A stretch of DNA of 55,221 nucleotides from Candidatus Nanoarchaeia archaeon (GTDB lineage: Archaea; Nanobdellota; Nanobdellia; Woesearchaeales; DATDTY01). The translations under genes were made by a program, and so were the position numbers. Under the pieces are notes generated by a model that did no database searches, was not told the origin of the DNA, and worked only from the letters and a program-made list of their open reading frames with translations. The stretch is taken from the NCBI GenBank assembly GCA_035290625.1, contig DATDTY010000043.1, positions 1-55,221 on the forward strand, read 5' to 3'. Below, in pieces: positions 36,648 to 44,668 of this stretch. Positions within the stretch are counted from its first letter, which is position 1. Every line of letters starts with the position of its first letter.

Positions 36648-37228
36648 GAATAAACTATATCGACAACTATGACTCGTTTGCAAATACTATAGCTGCGTAT
36701 TTCAGGAATGCCGGAGCCGAGGTAGAGATATATAAAAGTGATTGCGATCTTGAGACTGCTGTTAAGGGAGAACCAGATATGATACTTCTCGGTCCTGGCC
36801 CCAACAGCCCAAAGGAGTCCGGGAACTATCTGGAGGTACTGGATAAGTATTGCAAAAGGTATCCGATGTTTGGGATCTGCCTGGGGTTTCAGGCGATGAT
36901 GGAGTACTTCGGACAGGAAGTAGTTCCTTTGGAGAATGTCGTCCATGGAGCTGCTGTAGGCGTCCAACATACAGGCAAAGGTATCTTTGAAGGGATTCCT
37001 CATCCTGCAAAATTTGGCAGGTACAATTCTCTTGGCGTGCATGCTGTTCCTGCATCGTTTGAGATCAGCGCAGCATCAGATGGGATTGTTATGGCTGCCC
37101 GACATAAGGATATTCCTTTAGAAGGGGTGCAGTTCCATCCGGAATCTGTGCTTTCTACCTACAATGAATCTGGAGCCAGGCTGATTCGGAATTTGATTAA
37201 GATGCTCAAAGAGAGGAAGGTGATGTAA
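36644..37228 (+). CDS. trpG: glutamine amidotransferase component II (TrpG/PabA)
   Basis: GPGPNSP, GICLGFQAM (catalytic Cys), GVQFHPES. 4-nt overlap with the component I gene. Confidence 0.8.
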   Translation: MRINYIDNYDSFANTIAAYFRNAGAEVEIYKSDCDLETAVKGEPDMILLGPGPNSPKESGNYLEVLDKYCKRYPMFGICLGFQAMMEYFGQEVVPLENVVHGAAVGVQHTGKGIFEGIPHPAKFGRYNSLGVHAVPASFEISAASDGIVMAARHKDIPLEGVQFHPESVLSTYNESGARLIRNLIKMLKERKVM

Positions 37229-38330
37229 TGGCCTCAACAACTTTTTTTGCTCTTTCCCTTTTGGATTTATGCTCTTTCAGGAATTGGGTGAGCTTATCAA
37301 TTGCTATTTGCTTTAATTCTCCTGTTAAAAGGTCTCCTGACTTGTAGTCATTGCAGAGCTTTTGCAGTTTTTTGTCATCCTGCTCCAAGCCGTATTTCAG
37401 CATCTGGAAGGAGACGTCAATATCGGGATTTCCTCCTTTTTTCCGGTGCTCTTCTATGGTGTCTTTGCCTCCTGAGAATGCATATTTTTTTATTTTTCTG
37501 GCTGCTTCTTCTGGAGTGTCTGTTAAGGCTATGTAGGAAGCCGGGTCAGAGGAGGACATCTTGTCTCCCTTCAGGCCTGGCAGGAATTTGTGGTAGGTTG
37601 AGGAGAGCTGCGTGAAGGTGTATTCTTTGATTCTTTGGGATATATCCCTTGCTAATCGCAAGTGAGGATCCTGATCGATGCCTACGGGAACAATTGTGGG
37701 GAACGGTTTTCCTTCGAATTCCTTTAATTGAGGGTGAAGCATATCAGCTGCCTGGAGGAGGGCTGAGGCAAGCTTTCCGGGTGTAAGATGGCCATAGATT
37801 GCCTTTACCTCATTGAAGGTAGCGTGCCTTGCCAGAAGGCTTGCCAATCTGTAGTAGGCTGATGCCTTTTTTCCGTCTTTGCTCCTCTCTGACTGGAAAT
37901 AGAAATCACACTTCCTGATATCTAAGCCTAGTGCAATGTAGTTTGTGAGGTATTCTGTTATTGCTGTTTCTCTTAATTCTTTTAAAGACTGGTTTCTTGA
38001 ATTGTATGCTTCGATGTCTGCAACAGCAATGTAGACCTTTGCTCCCAGAGATTGGTAGAAGATGATCTGGTCTGCCACTAATTTGTGGCCAAAATGAAAT
38101 CTTCCTGAAGGCATCAATCCGGTCATCATGACAAATGGCTGCTTGTTTTCTATGGACTCTGCTATCTGTTTGAAATCGCGCTGAGCAAAAACAATTCCTC
38201 TCCGAAAGAGATAGAAATCTTCGAACTTCTTTGGAAGATGGCTTAATGGCTGCAAGCCGAAGTCTTTGATCAGCTTATAGTAATCCACCTTTCCCTTTAC
38301 TTCCCAGGGCGTGACTTTTGCTTCCTGCAT
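37206..38330 (-). CDS. trpS: tryptophanyl-tRNA synthetase (archaeal/eukaryotic type)
   Basis: VTPWEVKGKVDYYKLIKDFG, HIGH-type HFGH, KMSKS-type KMSSS. Confidence 0.8.
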   Translation of the reverse strand: MQEAKVTPWEVKGKVDYYKLIKDFGLQPLSHLPKKFEDFYLFRRGIVFAQRDFKQIAESIENKQPFVMMTGLMPSGRFHFGHKLVADQIIFYQSLGAKVYIAVADIEAYNSRNQSLKELRETAITEYLTNYIALGLDIRKCDFYFQSERSKDGKKASAYYRLASLLARHATFNEVKAIYGHLTPGKLASALLQAADMLHPQLKEFEGKPFPTIVPVGIDQDPHLRLARDISQRIKEYTFTQLSSTYHKFLPGLKGDKMSSSDPASYIALTDTPEEAARKIKKYAFSGGKDTIEEHRKKGGNPDIDVSFQMLKYGLEQDDKKLQKLCNDYKSGDLLTGELKQIAIDKLTQFLKEHKSKRERAKKVVEAITSPSSL

Positions 38331-38748
38331 GTTCGGGATTACTTGAGGAGGGTATAAAAAGATTTGGATTTAGCGTAGCAATGTATTCTTCTGTGTTGTA
38401 TAACAGATATTGAAAAGAAACGAAGAGGATTACTGCGCCAGAGAAAAAGGATATTGCCAGGGCAAGGTGATGCTTGAATAAAAAGACGAATCCCAGAAAC
38501 AGGGATACTGCGGATCCTATGAAGAGAAATGATGCAACTGGGTCAGACCAATACGGATCCTCTTTCGTCCTTAACTCAAAGTCTTCACAGCTTTTGAAGG
38601 ATTTTAGCTCCTGCCGGAAGCTGTTGCAGAAGAAATATTTTGTTATTGTGTTGTCTTTACTCAACCTTTTCTTAAGAGCGCAGTTATCACATTCATAACA
38701 GGAGTAGTCTTTTGGATCGTATTCTTCAGGGGCTTCGATCTTTCTCAT
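38275..38748 (-). CDS. membrane protein with N-terminal Cys-rich segment (hypothetical)
   Basis: CYECDNC...FFCNSF then two TM helices. The 3' end overlaps the trpS start by 56 nt. Confidence 0.4.
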   Translation of the reverse strand: MRKIEAPEEYDPKDYSCYECDNCALKKRLSKDNTITKYFFCNSFRQELKSFKSCEDFELRTKEDPYWSDPVASFLFIGSAVSLFLGFVFLFKHHLALAISFFSGAVILFVSFQYLLYNTEEYIATLNPNLFIPSSSNPEHAGSKSHALGSKGKGGLL

Positions 38749-38817
38749 GGTTAAATCTTGGCCTCAGCCAGATGCATGCATGGCGGGCTTTTTTGCAATA
38801 AGGAGAGATGATTACTT

Positions 38818-39312
38818 TCATTTTATTTCTCCTATCTCCGTCAAAGCTACATTCAGCATGAGAAAGGAGAGGGGCGCCTCATGGAAATACTTGTATAACC
38901 TTGGATGCCTTTTGAGTTTTTCAAAGAAAGCTTCAACGCCTTGATGGATTTCACAGCAGTATAATTCCTGCGCCTCACGCTTGCTGATGAGGCTTTGGAT
39001 TCTTTTTATAACATGAGCGTACTCCTTAAGAAAATACTTTCTGTCTGCGGCAGGATTATGGCTTTTTTCAAGAAAATAAACACCCCTGGCCTTTCCAAAA
39101 AGTTCCTGCTCTTCTGCAGACAGGAGGCAGTTCCAGCAGTAATCTCCGTCTGGAAGGCTTTGTTCCTCGCAGAGCTTGTCCACAGGTATGTCACTGTATC
39201 TCTTTCCGCAGATATCGCAATAGAGGCAGAAATATCGTGTTATCCATTCTTTATTTATGCATTGAGTTTCGCTTGATGTGTACTTTGATTTGTTTTTGAC
39301 GTAGCGTTTCAT
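38818..39312 (-). CDS. Cys-rich (zinc-ribbon-like) hypothetical protein
   Basis: CLYCDICG...CWNC. The N-terminal 50 aa are paralogous to the short ORF at 41088-41249. Confidence 0.45.
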   Translation of the reverse strand: MKRYVKNKSKYTSSETQCINKEWITRYFCLYCDICGKRYSDIPVDKLCEEQSLPDGDYCWNCLLSAEEQELFGKARGVYFLEKSHNPAADRKYFLKEYAHVIKRIQSLISKREAQELYCCEIHQGVEAFFEKLKRHPRLYKYFHEAPLSFLMLNVALTEIGEIK

Positions 39313-39429
39313 TCCAGATCATGCCTCCATGAAGAATTCGGCTTTAATCATTAAATACCTAACGCCCTTCTTAGTGATATATTCCTGATTTTTGCGTAAA
39401 CTATTAATATATGTTCCTTTCAGGAATAT

Positions 39430-40056
39430 ATGATGGGAAGATTAGCTGAGCTTGTGAAGAATACTGAGGGGCTGAAGATAGCAATCATGAGCTATGAGGA
39501 TACAAATCTAGAGATTATCTGCATGTCCAACAAGTATTATTCAGAGCATTTGCAGTTGCTTAAAAGGCCTAAGGAAAGGAAGAAAATCTCAGAACGTGAG
39601 TTTCATGAAAGGCTGTGGGGTTATCTCTGGAACGAGAAGGTGAGCCAGCTTTTGATTATTTTATATCTTGAGGAGTTACGGGGGGTTAATCCAACAATCT
39701 GGGAATTGAACAAGCTGCTCAAGAGGACTTCAAAGCAATACTCAGCAACATTCAAACAGGTGTCTAAGTTGGAGAAGCTAGATATTGTGCATACGAAGGA
39801 TGTTGCGTCTTCTCCAAGAAAGGAAAAAGAAGTTTTTATAAACAAAAAGATTGTTACGGTTTACGGCGATGATGAGTTTCGGAAGATGATGCTTGAGGAT
39901 TGGGATGGCGATGCGAAAGCTTACATTGAGATGAAATTGAGGGGGCTGCTGGAAGAGAAAGAAGAGTTTGAGAGGAAGATTGAGAGGGTAAGGGAGGGGA
40001 AACGGGGGAAAAACAAGAAGGGGGCGATGAAAGATGGAAGAGTCAGAGGTACTTAG
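39430..40056 (+). CDS. wHTH-containing hypothetical regulator with basic C-terminal tail
   Basis: LIILYLEELRGVNPTIWELNKLLKRTSKQYSATFKQVSKLEKLDIV is ArsR-like. The start is overlapped by a 12-bp inverted repeat (39375-39386 / 39419-39430). Confidence 0.45.
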   Translation: MMGRLAELVKNTEGLKIAIMSYEDTNLEIICMSNKYYSEHLQLLKRPKERKKISEREFHERLWGYLWNEKVSQLLIILYLEELRGVNPTIWELNKLLKRTSKQYSATFKQVSKLEKLDIVHTKDVASSPRKEKEVFINKKIVTVYGDDEFRKMMLEDWDGDAKAYIEMKLRGLLEEKEEFERKIERVREGKRGKNKKGAMKDGRVRGT

Positions 40057-41038
40057 CTATGTGCAGATATGCATAGAAAAGTTATGCAACAAGTTTAGGA
40101 AAAATCCAGAATATTTCATTAGTATGGAGCAAGATTTAGTTGCTTACCTTTATCATTTGATTGCTATGAATCCTTTCTTCCTCGATGAAATAGAGTATAC
40201 TACTGAAGATGGCGAAAAGATTAAAACAAAATTAATAGAAACCCAAACGCGTACGTTTGCTCTAGTGAATACTAAGGTTGGCAGATTTGATTTAACTGTC
40301 CTCAACCCTAAACAAGAGGTGGGCGAAAAAGAGAATTTGATAGCTATAGAATTTAAATGGATTGGTAGATTATACGAGAGGGATGTTTTAGATATTAAAA
40401 AGGATTTGGATAAATTAAATAATAAAGAAAATGAGGTTAAGTGGGGATATCAGCTAATATTTTCTTCTGATAAGAGGCTTACCGAAGAAGGTAAGTCTGA
40501 AATTCTAACCTACAATAAGAATCAATCCACGAAGATATTGTTTATAGAAAGAGGAAAACCTTTGGAGGGAAAAATGACAGGAATGAAACCTAAAGTATTG
40601 TTGTTTAAGTATAATAAGGACAGATGGGGAGAAATTGAGGATATAAAAAGAGTATTTGAAGCTGATGAATATGATTATCAGCCCAATAAGTTAGCAAGTT
40701 ATGGAATAGAACCAGAAGATAAGGACAGATGTTTGGGTATATTGAAGGACACAATGGAAATATGTTTTATTTGCAGGATTAGAAAACCATCGCAGGACGA
40801 AAATGGAGAATTTGATTTTGTTGATCCCTTATTCTTTGAGAATCCGTTAGATTTCAAAACTATGTCTACTGAGCCACTTTACAAATTGTTCAGGCCAAGC
40901 GGAACAGGAGAATTAACGAGAGCTGTTTTATTTAATCTCTCTGAATTTAGCGAACATTTAGAGGAGATTAAGGAGAAGTTGATCCAGTTAAATCCAAGCC
41001 AGTCAGGAGAAATCAGAAAATATTTTGTGGAGAATTAA
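40034..41038 (+). CDS. PD-(D/E)xK nuclease-fold protein with unknown C-terminal domain
   Basis: GRFDLTVL...LIAIEFKW gives a D...E-x-K arrangement. Overlaps the upstream gene by 23 nt. Confidence 0.4.
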   Translation: MEESEVLSYVQICIEKLCNKFRKNPEYFISMEQDLVAYLYHLIAMNPFFLDEIEYTTEDGEKIKTKLIETQTRTFALVNTKVGRFDLTVLNPKQEVGEKENLIAIEFKWIGRLYERDVLDIKKDLDKLNNKENEVKWGYQLIFSSDKRLTEEGKSEILTYNKNQSTKILFIERGKPLEGKMTGMKPKVLLFKYNKDRWGEIEDIKRVFEADEYDYQPNKLASYGIEPEDKDRCLGILKDTMEICFICRIRKPSQDENGEFDFVDPLFFENPLDFKTMSTEPLYKLFRPSGTGELTRAVLFNLSEFSEHLEEIKEKLIQLNPSQSGEIRKYFVEN

Positions 41039-41087
41039 TTATAACAATAAGCGATAACTGGATATTTTTATACCACCCCATACACCC

Positions 41088-41249
41088 TCAATCTTCCTCG
41101 CAAAGTTCATGGACTGCAATATCTCTATCCCCATACCTCAATCCGCAAATATCACAATATAAGTAAAAAAATTTGTCTTTCCATTTGCCATTTATGTATT
41201 TGGATTCTGTTGCAGTATTCTTAGATTTATCTTTGACATATTTTTTCAT
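41088..41249 (-). CDS. short zinc-ribbon ORF (53 aa), truncated paralogue of the 38818-39312 N-terminus
   Basis: Hand translation MKKYVKDKSKNTATESKYINGKWKDKFFYLYCDICGLRYGDRDIAVHELCEED, compare MKRYVKNKSKYTSSETQCINKEWITRYFCLYCDICGKRYSD. ATGA overlap with the upstream ORF. Confidence 0.4.
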   Translation of the reverse strand: MKKYVKDKSKNTATESKYINGKWKDKFFYLYCDICGLRYGDRDIAVHELCEED

Positions 41250-41707
41250 TCCCAGTTAATGCCCTCTTTATGATAAAAAACCATTAGATAAATATCCTTA
41301 TTCCTAATAGGTTTAGTGCCGTATCTGTTTATCAAAGCGGTGTTTATACATAATTCCTCGTTATAAACACAGCTTTTATCAAGCAAAACATCAAAAGCGA
41401 ATCTTTCTATGCTTTTTTGCTGGACTAATCTTTTCTGAGTATACTGCCTGATGAAAGGAAAGAATACGATTATGCCATTATATTTCCATCCATTAGATAC
41501 ATCTTTTGCCCCCCTCATTATAATTTTGGCAGTTGTTTCAAACTCAGGGGTATTGTATTCTTCTTTTGTAATCTTCTTATGATATACTTTGTAGCCAGAT
41601 TCCTCAAAAGCCTCGATTGATTTTTTGACCAAATCAAATCTGTTTAAAGCAATATATCTCATAATAAACTCGCCAAAAAAATTAACCGGCGTTGGAGTTG
41701 GGCACAT
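41246..41707 (-). CDS. hypothetical protein
   Basis: 153-aa ORF. No motif recognised. Confidence 0.4.
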   Translation of the reverse strand: MCPTPTPVNFFGEFIMRYIALNRFDLVKKSIEAFEESGYKVYHKKITKEEYNTPEFETTAKIIMRGAKDVSNGWKYNGIIVFFPFIRQYTQKRLVQQKSIERFAFDVLLDKSCVYNEELCINTALINRYGTKPIRNKDIYLMVFYHKEGINWE

Positions 41708-41716
41708 AAAAGAGCC

Positions 41717-41947
41717 TCATTCTCCTTTTTGCAGTTTGCGCCATCTTGGTGTCTTCCTGTTATAAACTAAATCATTTATCTTTTCCAGCGCCAGTGCGTA
41801 AACATAGAGATTGCGCTCCATCCTCTTCTTTTCTTTTCTTGGAGAAAGCAGGATAAGGCCAGCTCTGCCGTCTTTCAATGGCTCCCACTTGATCGGAATA
41901 AATTCCTTCCCTGCTTTGTCAATAATCCTTTTTATTTTTGCTTGCAT
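41717..41947 (-). CDS. small basic hypothetical protein
   Basis: 76-aa ORF, 9 nt upstream of the next ORF. Confidence 0.35.
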   Translation of the reverse strand: MQAKIKRIIDKAGKEFIPIKWEPLKDGRAGLILLSPRKEKKRMERNLYVYALALEKINDLVYNRKTPRWRKLQKGE

Positions 41948-42319
41948 TTTATTAGACCTCTCAAGAAAGGATCGCTCAAATCAACAGCTTTCCTTCTCTT
42001 TCGTTTAATCTTTCGTTTAATGAATCCTAATTCTTCCAAATCCTTAAATAACTGCATTTCGACCATTATACAAATATTAAGACAGGATCCTTATCGGTGG
42101 TGTAGCCTGCCTCAAACCTAATTTTTTCAATATTTTCATTTTTCATCACCTTTAATGGCTTGGAAAACTCTCTTATTTAAATATCTTTCTATTTAATAGT
42201 ATAAATTCTACTAAATAATAGAAAAATATAAATAACGGCTGCGTTTACTATCGCTTATGGATAAATTTATTAATGATACGCCTCTTCTACTGCCTTATAT
42301 AGCAACAAGAGGGGTGGAA

Positions 42320-42916
42320 ATGAAGAAAGTCCTTATCGCTACACTCTACAAGCCAGAGCCTGTGCTTTTGGCTTCAAACAGGCTTGGACCTGACAGATTG
42401 ATTCTTTTGCTTGATAAAGAGCCGAATAAAGAGCAGGAGGCTTCGTTTAAGCTGATCAAGGAGTCGCTTGGAAAGGTGATTGATGTCAAGGCTGCCAAGA
42501 CAGAGGTGTATGATATTGTGGCTATAGCCAAGCAGTGCGTTGAAATCATTGATATGCAGCCTTCTGAGGATCATATTTATATCAATATTACATCAGGAAG
42601 GAAGACCAAGGCTTTTGGCGTGTTGCTTGGAGCCTATGCCAGAGCTGACAAGGTAAAGAAGATAGCCTATAACCCGGAGGATTCGAAGACTGTCGTGTAT
42701 TTGCCCAAGCTTTCTTTTAAATTAAATGAATCACAGAAGAAGGTTCTTGAGGTCGTTGAGAAGCACACTTCATTGTCTCTTGCAGAAATGGCTGAGAAGA
42801 GCTCCTTGAGCCCTGCGATGTTCTACAGGAGTGTGAATGAATTAAGGGATATGGATCTCCTTATCACTGAGCCTGAGATCTCATTAACTGATGCAGGAAG
42901 GATAGCGAGGCTGTAA
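42320..42916 (+). CDS. Csa3-like protein: CARF-type Rossmann domain plus C-terminal wHTH
   Basis: N-terminal beta-alpha pattern ending in INITSGRKTKAFGVLLG (compare Csa3 DLTMGMR...LLG), then wHTH LSLAEMAEKSSLSPAMFYRSVNELRDMDLL. GAGGGGTGG SD before ATG 42320. Confidence 0.45.
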   Translation: MKKVLIATLYKPEPVLLASNRLGPDRLILLLDKEPNKEQEASFKLIKESLGKVIDVKAAKTEVYDIVAIAKQCVEIIDMQPSEDHIYINITSGRKTKAFGVLLGAYARADKVKKIAYNPEDSKTVVYLPKLSFKLNESQKKVLEVVEKHTSLSLAEMAEKSSLSPAMFYRSVNELRDMDLLITEPEISLTDAGRIARL

Positions 42917-42942
42917 AAAAGCAACAAATTAAAACACAAAAA

Positions 42943-43809
42943 ATGAAAAAAGAAATCATCCAACGGCTGCAGAAATCATTTGAGGACTACTCCCAGAAAG
43001 CAGAGGATATTGAATTCTGGTTTGCGAGAGACTTGCAGGCATTGCTCGATTATAATGACTGGAGAAATTTTGTGAATGTGATAGAAAAAGCAGAAATTGC
43101 CTGCAAAAGTTCAGGGCAGGAAGTCCAAGACCATTTCGTTGATATCACCAAAAAGGTCAAGATAGGCTCTGAAGCAGAGAGAGAAATTGAAGATATAATG
43201 CTGACAAGATACGCCTGCTATCTTATTGCGCAGAACGGCGACCCAAGAAAAGAGCAAATAGCATTCGCGCAGAGCTATTTTGCCGTCCAGACAAGAAAGC
43301 AGGAATTGATTGAGCAAAGGATAGATTTGATAGAAAGAATGAACGCGAGGCAGAAGCTTGCCGCATCAGAAACAGAGCTATCAAAGCTGATTTATGAAAG
43401 AGGGGTAGATGAAGATGGCTTTGCAAGGATAAGAAGCAAGGGAGATAAGGCCTTATTTGGTGGGTTTACTACTTCGCAAATGAAAAGCAGGCTAAGGATC
43501 CCGAAAAGCAGACCGTTGGCAGATTTCCTCCCAACTATTACAATAACGGCAAAAAATCTTGCAACTGAAATAACCAACTTTAATGCCAAGAAAGAGGATT
43601 TAAAGGGAGAAAACAATATAACTTATGAGCACATAAAGAACAACACAGATGTCAGAAGACTTCTTGCAAAGAGTGGCATAAAGCCCGAAGAGCTTGCGCC
43701 TGAAGAAGATATAAAGAAGCTTGAAAGAAGGGTAAAGAAAGACGAAGAATTGATTGGGAAGAAATCCAAGAAGATATCCAGAGATAAGGGAAAGATTGCG
43801 AGGCTGTGA
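42943..43809 (+). CDS. dinD: DNA damage-inducible protein D (DinD)-like
   Basis: EFWFARDLQALLDYNDWRNFVNVIEKAEIACKSSG...DHF...LTRYACYLIAQNGDPRKEQIAFAQSYFAVQTRKQE matches my recollection of DinD-family sequence. Confidence 0.65.
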   Translation: MKKEIIQRLQKSFEDYSQKAEDIEFWFARDLQALLDYNDWRNFVNVIEKAEIACKSSGQEVQDHFVDITKKVKIGSEAEREIEDIMLTRYACYLIAQNGDPRKEQIAFAQSYFAVQTRKQELIEQRIDLIERMNARQKLAASETELSKLIYERGVDEDGFARIRSKGDKALFGGFTTSQMKSRLRIPKSRPLADFLPTITITAKNLATEITNFNAKKEDLKGENNITYEHIKNNTDVRRLLAKSGIKPEELAPEEDIKKLERRVKKDEELIGKKSKKISRDKGKIARL

Positions 43810-44045
43810 AGGCTTCTGTGAGATCATACGATAAACTGAAGTTTCCTGGGAAGAATGAGCCGGCAAGGGAAGAGTTGGATACGCTGATAAAGAAGCTTGG
43901 ATTATGGGACGAGCTGGCTGTTTTGGACACCTATGAACTTGCCAAGAGAATCAATAACAGAGGATTGCATGATGATTTTTTGAAGCTGATTCAGAAGTTT
44001 ACTGTTAAGGAGATTATGGATGTTGTGAGGTTGGAGAGGAAGTGA
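43806..44045 (+). CDS. small hypothetical protein
   Basis: 79-aa ORF. GTG start overlaps the dinD-like stop (GTGA). Confidence 0.35.
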   Translation: MKASVRSYDKLKFPGKNEPAREELDTLIKKLGLWDELAVLDTYELAKRINNRGLHDDFLKLIQKFTVKEIMDVVRLERK

Positions 44046-44136
44046 AGAACGAGCTTCAAAACTTGATTTCTTGTGAATGAAAACAACAAGCTTTTTAAAT
44101 CTCAACCCCTCTGGTCACAAAAAAGAGGTGAATCCT

Positions 44137-44394
44137 ATGGTATTCCAGAAATTCAAGATCGCGCCGTTGCCTTCAACATTTATGCTGACGAGCATTATCG
44201 GATTTCTTGTCTCAGTGATTTGGGTTGGAAAGTACGATACGAGCTATGGATTTGCCTTCGGTTTGGTGTTTGGAATTATGTTTATAGCGTCGCTTGTATC
44301 AATGACCTATGCGCCAGTAGGGGATGAATTGCAGATTGATATGGGGCGCGTAAAAGCCGGCAAAGATAGGAGGAATAGGGCTGCAAAGAGGTAG
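44137..44394 (+). CDS. small two-TM membrane protein
   Basis: Internal ATG preceded by GAGGTGA at 5 nt. Two hydrophobic helices and a basic tail. Confidence 0.45.
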   Translation: MVFQKFKIAPLPSTFMLTSIIGFLVSVIWVGKYDTSYGFAFGLVFGIMFIASLVSMTYAPVGDELQIDMGRVKAGKDRRNRAAKR

Positions 44395-44417
44395 ATTCTG
44401 AGGTTATGGCTCGATTC

Positions 44418-44623
44418 GGCTTCCCTGAAAATCTCGTAAACGCCCGGGTTGCCGCCAGTACTCAAAAATGCTCCACATTTTTGGTCGCTCCTTCGGAGCA
44501 GTTCGATTGCGCTGTTTCTCCTGTGGACCGACATTCCCCGCAGGGGGCAACTCCCTTGTCGGTACTGATGTCTTGATTTTAAGCCTCACAAAAAGGGCGG
44601 CAACCTTCACTTTCAGGGAAGCC
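44418..44623 (+). mobile_element. structured MITE-like element, copy 7 (206 bp)
   Basis: TIR GGCTTCCCTGAAAA / CTTTCAGGGAAGCC. Perfect 9-bp direct repeats GCTCGATTC at 44409-44417 and 44624-44632. Two extra hairpins between P2 and the core. Confidence 0.8.
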
Positions 44624-44668
44624 GCTCGATTCGCAAAGGTTTTATAGTCAGGCGGATTTGCCTTTTGC

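Noticed and set aside
38275-38330. 56-nt same-strand overlap between 38275-38748 and trpS, considered as a frameshift or pseudogene signal.
   Set aside because: Both reading frames are intact with plausible starts and stops, and there is no evidence of disruption. It is noted only as an unusually long overlap.
41998-42022. Tandem 12-bp duplication TCTTTCGTTTAA x2.
   Set aside because: A single short duplication. It may lie within a small unannotated minus-strand ORF (encoding IKRKIKRK) and is not evidently functional.
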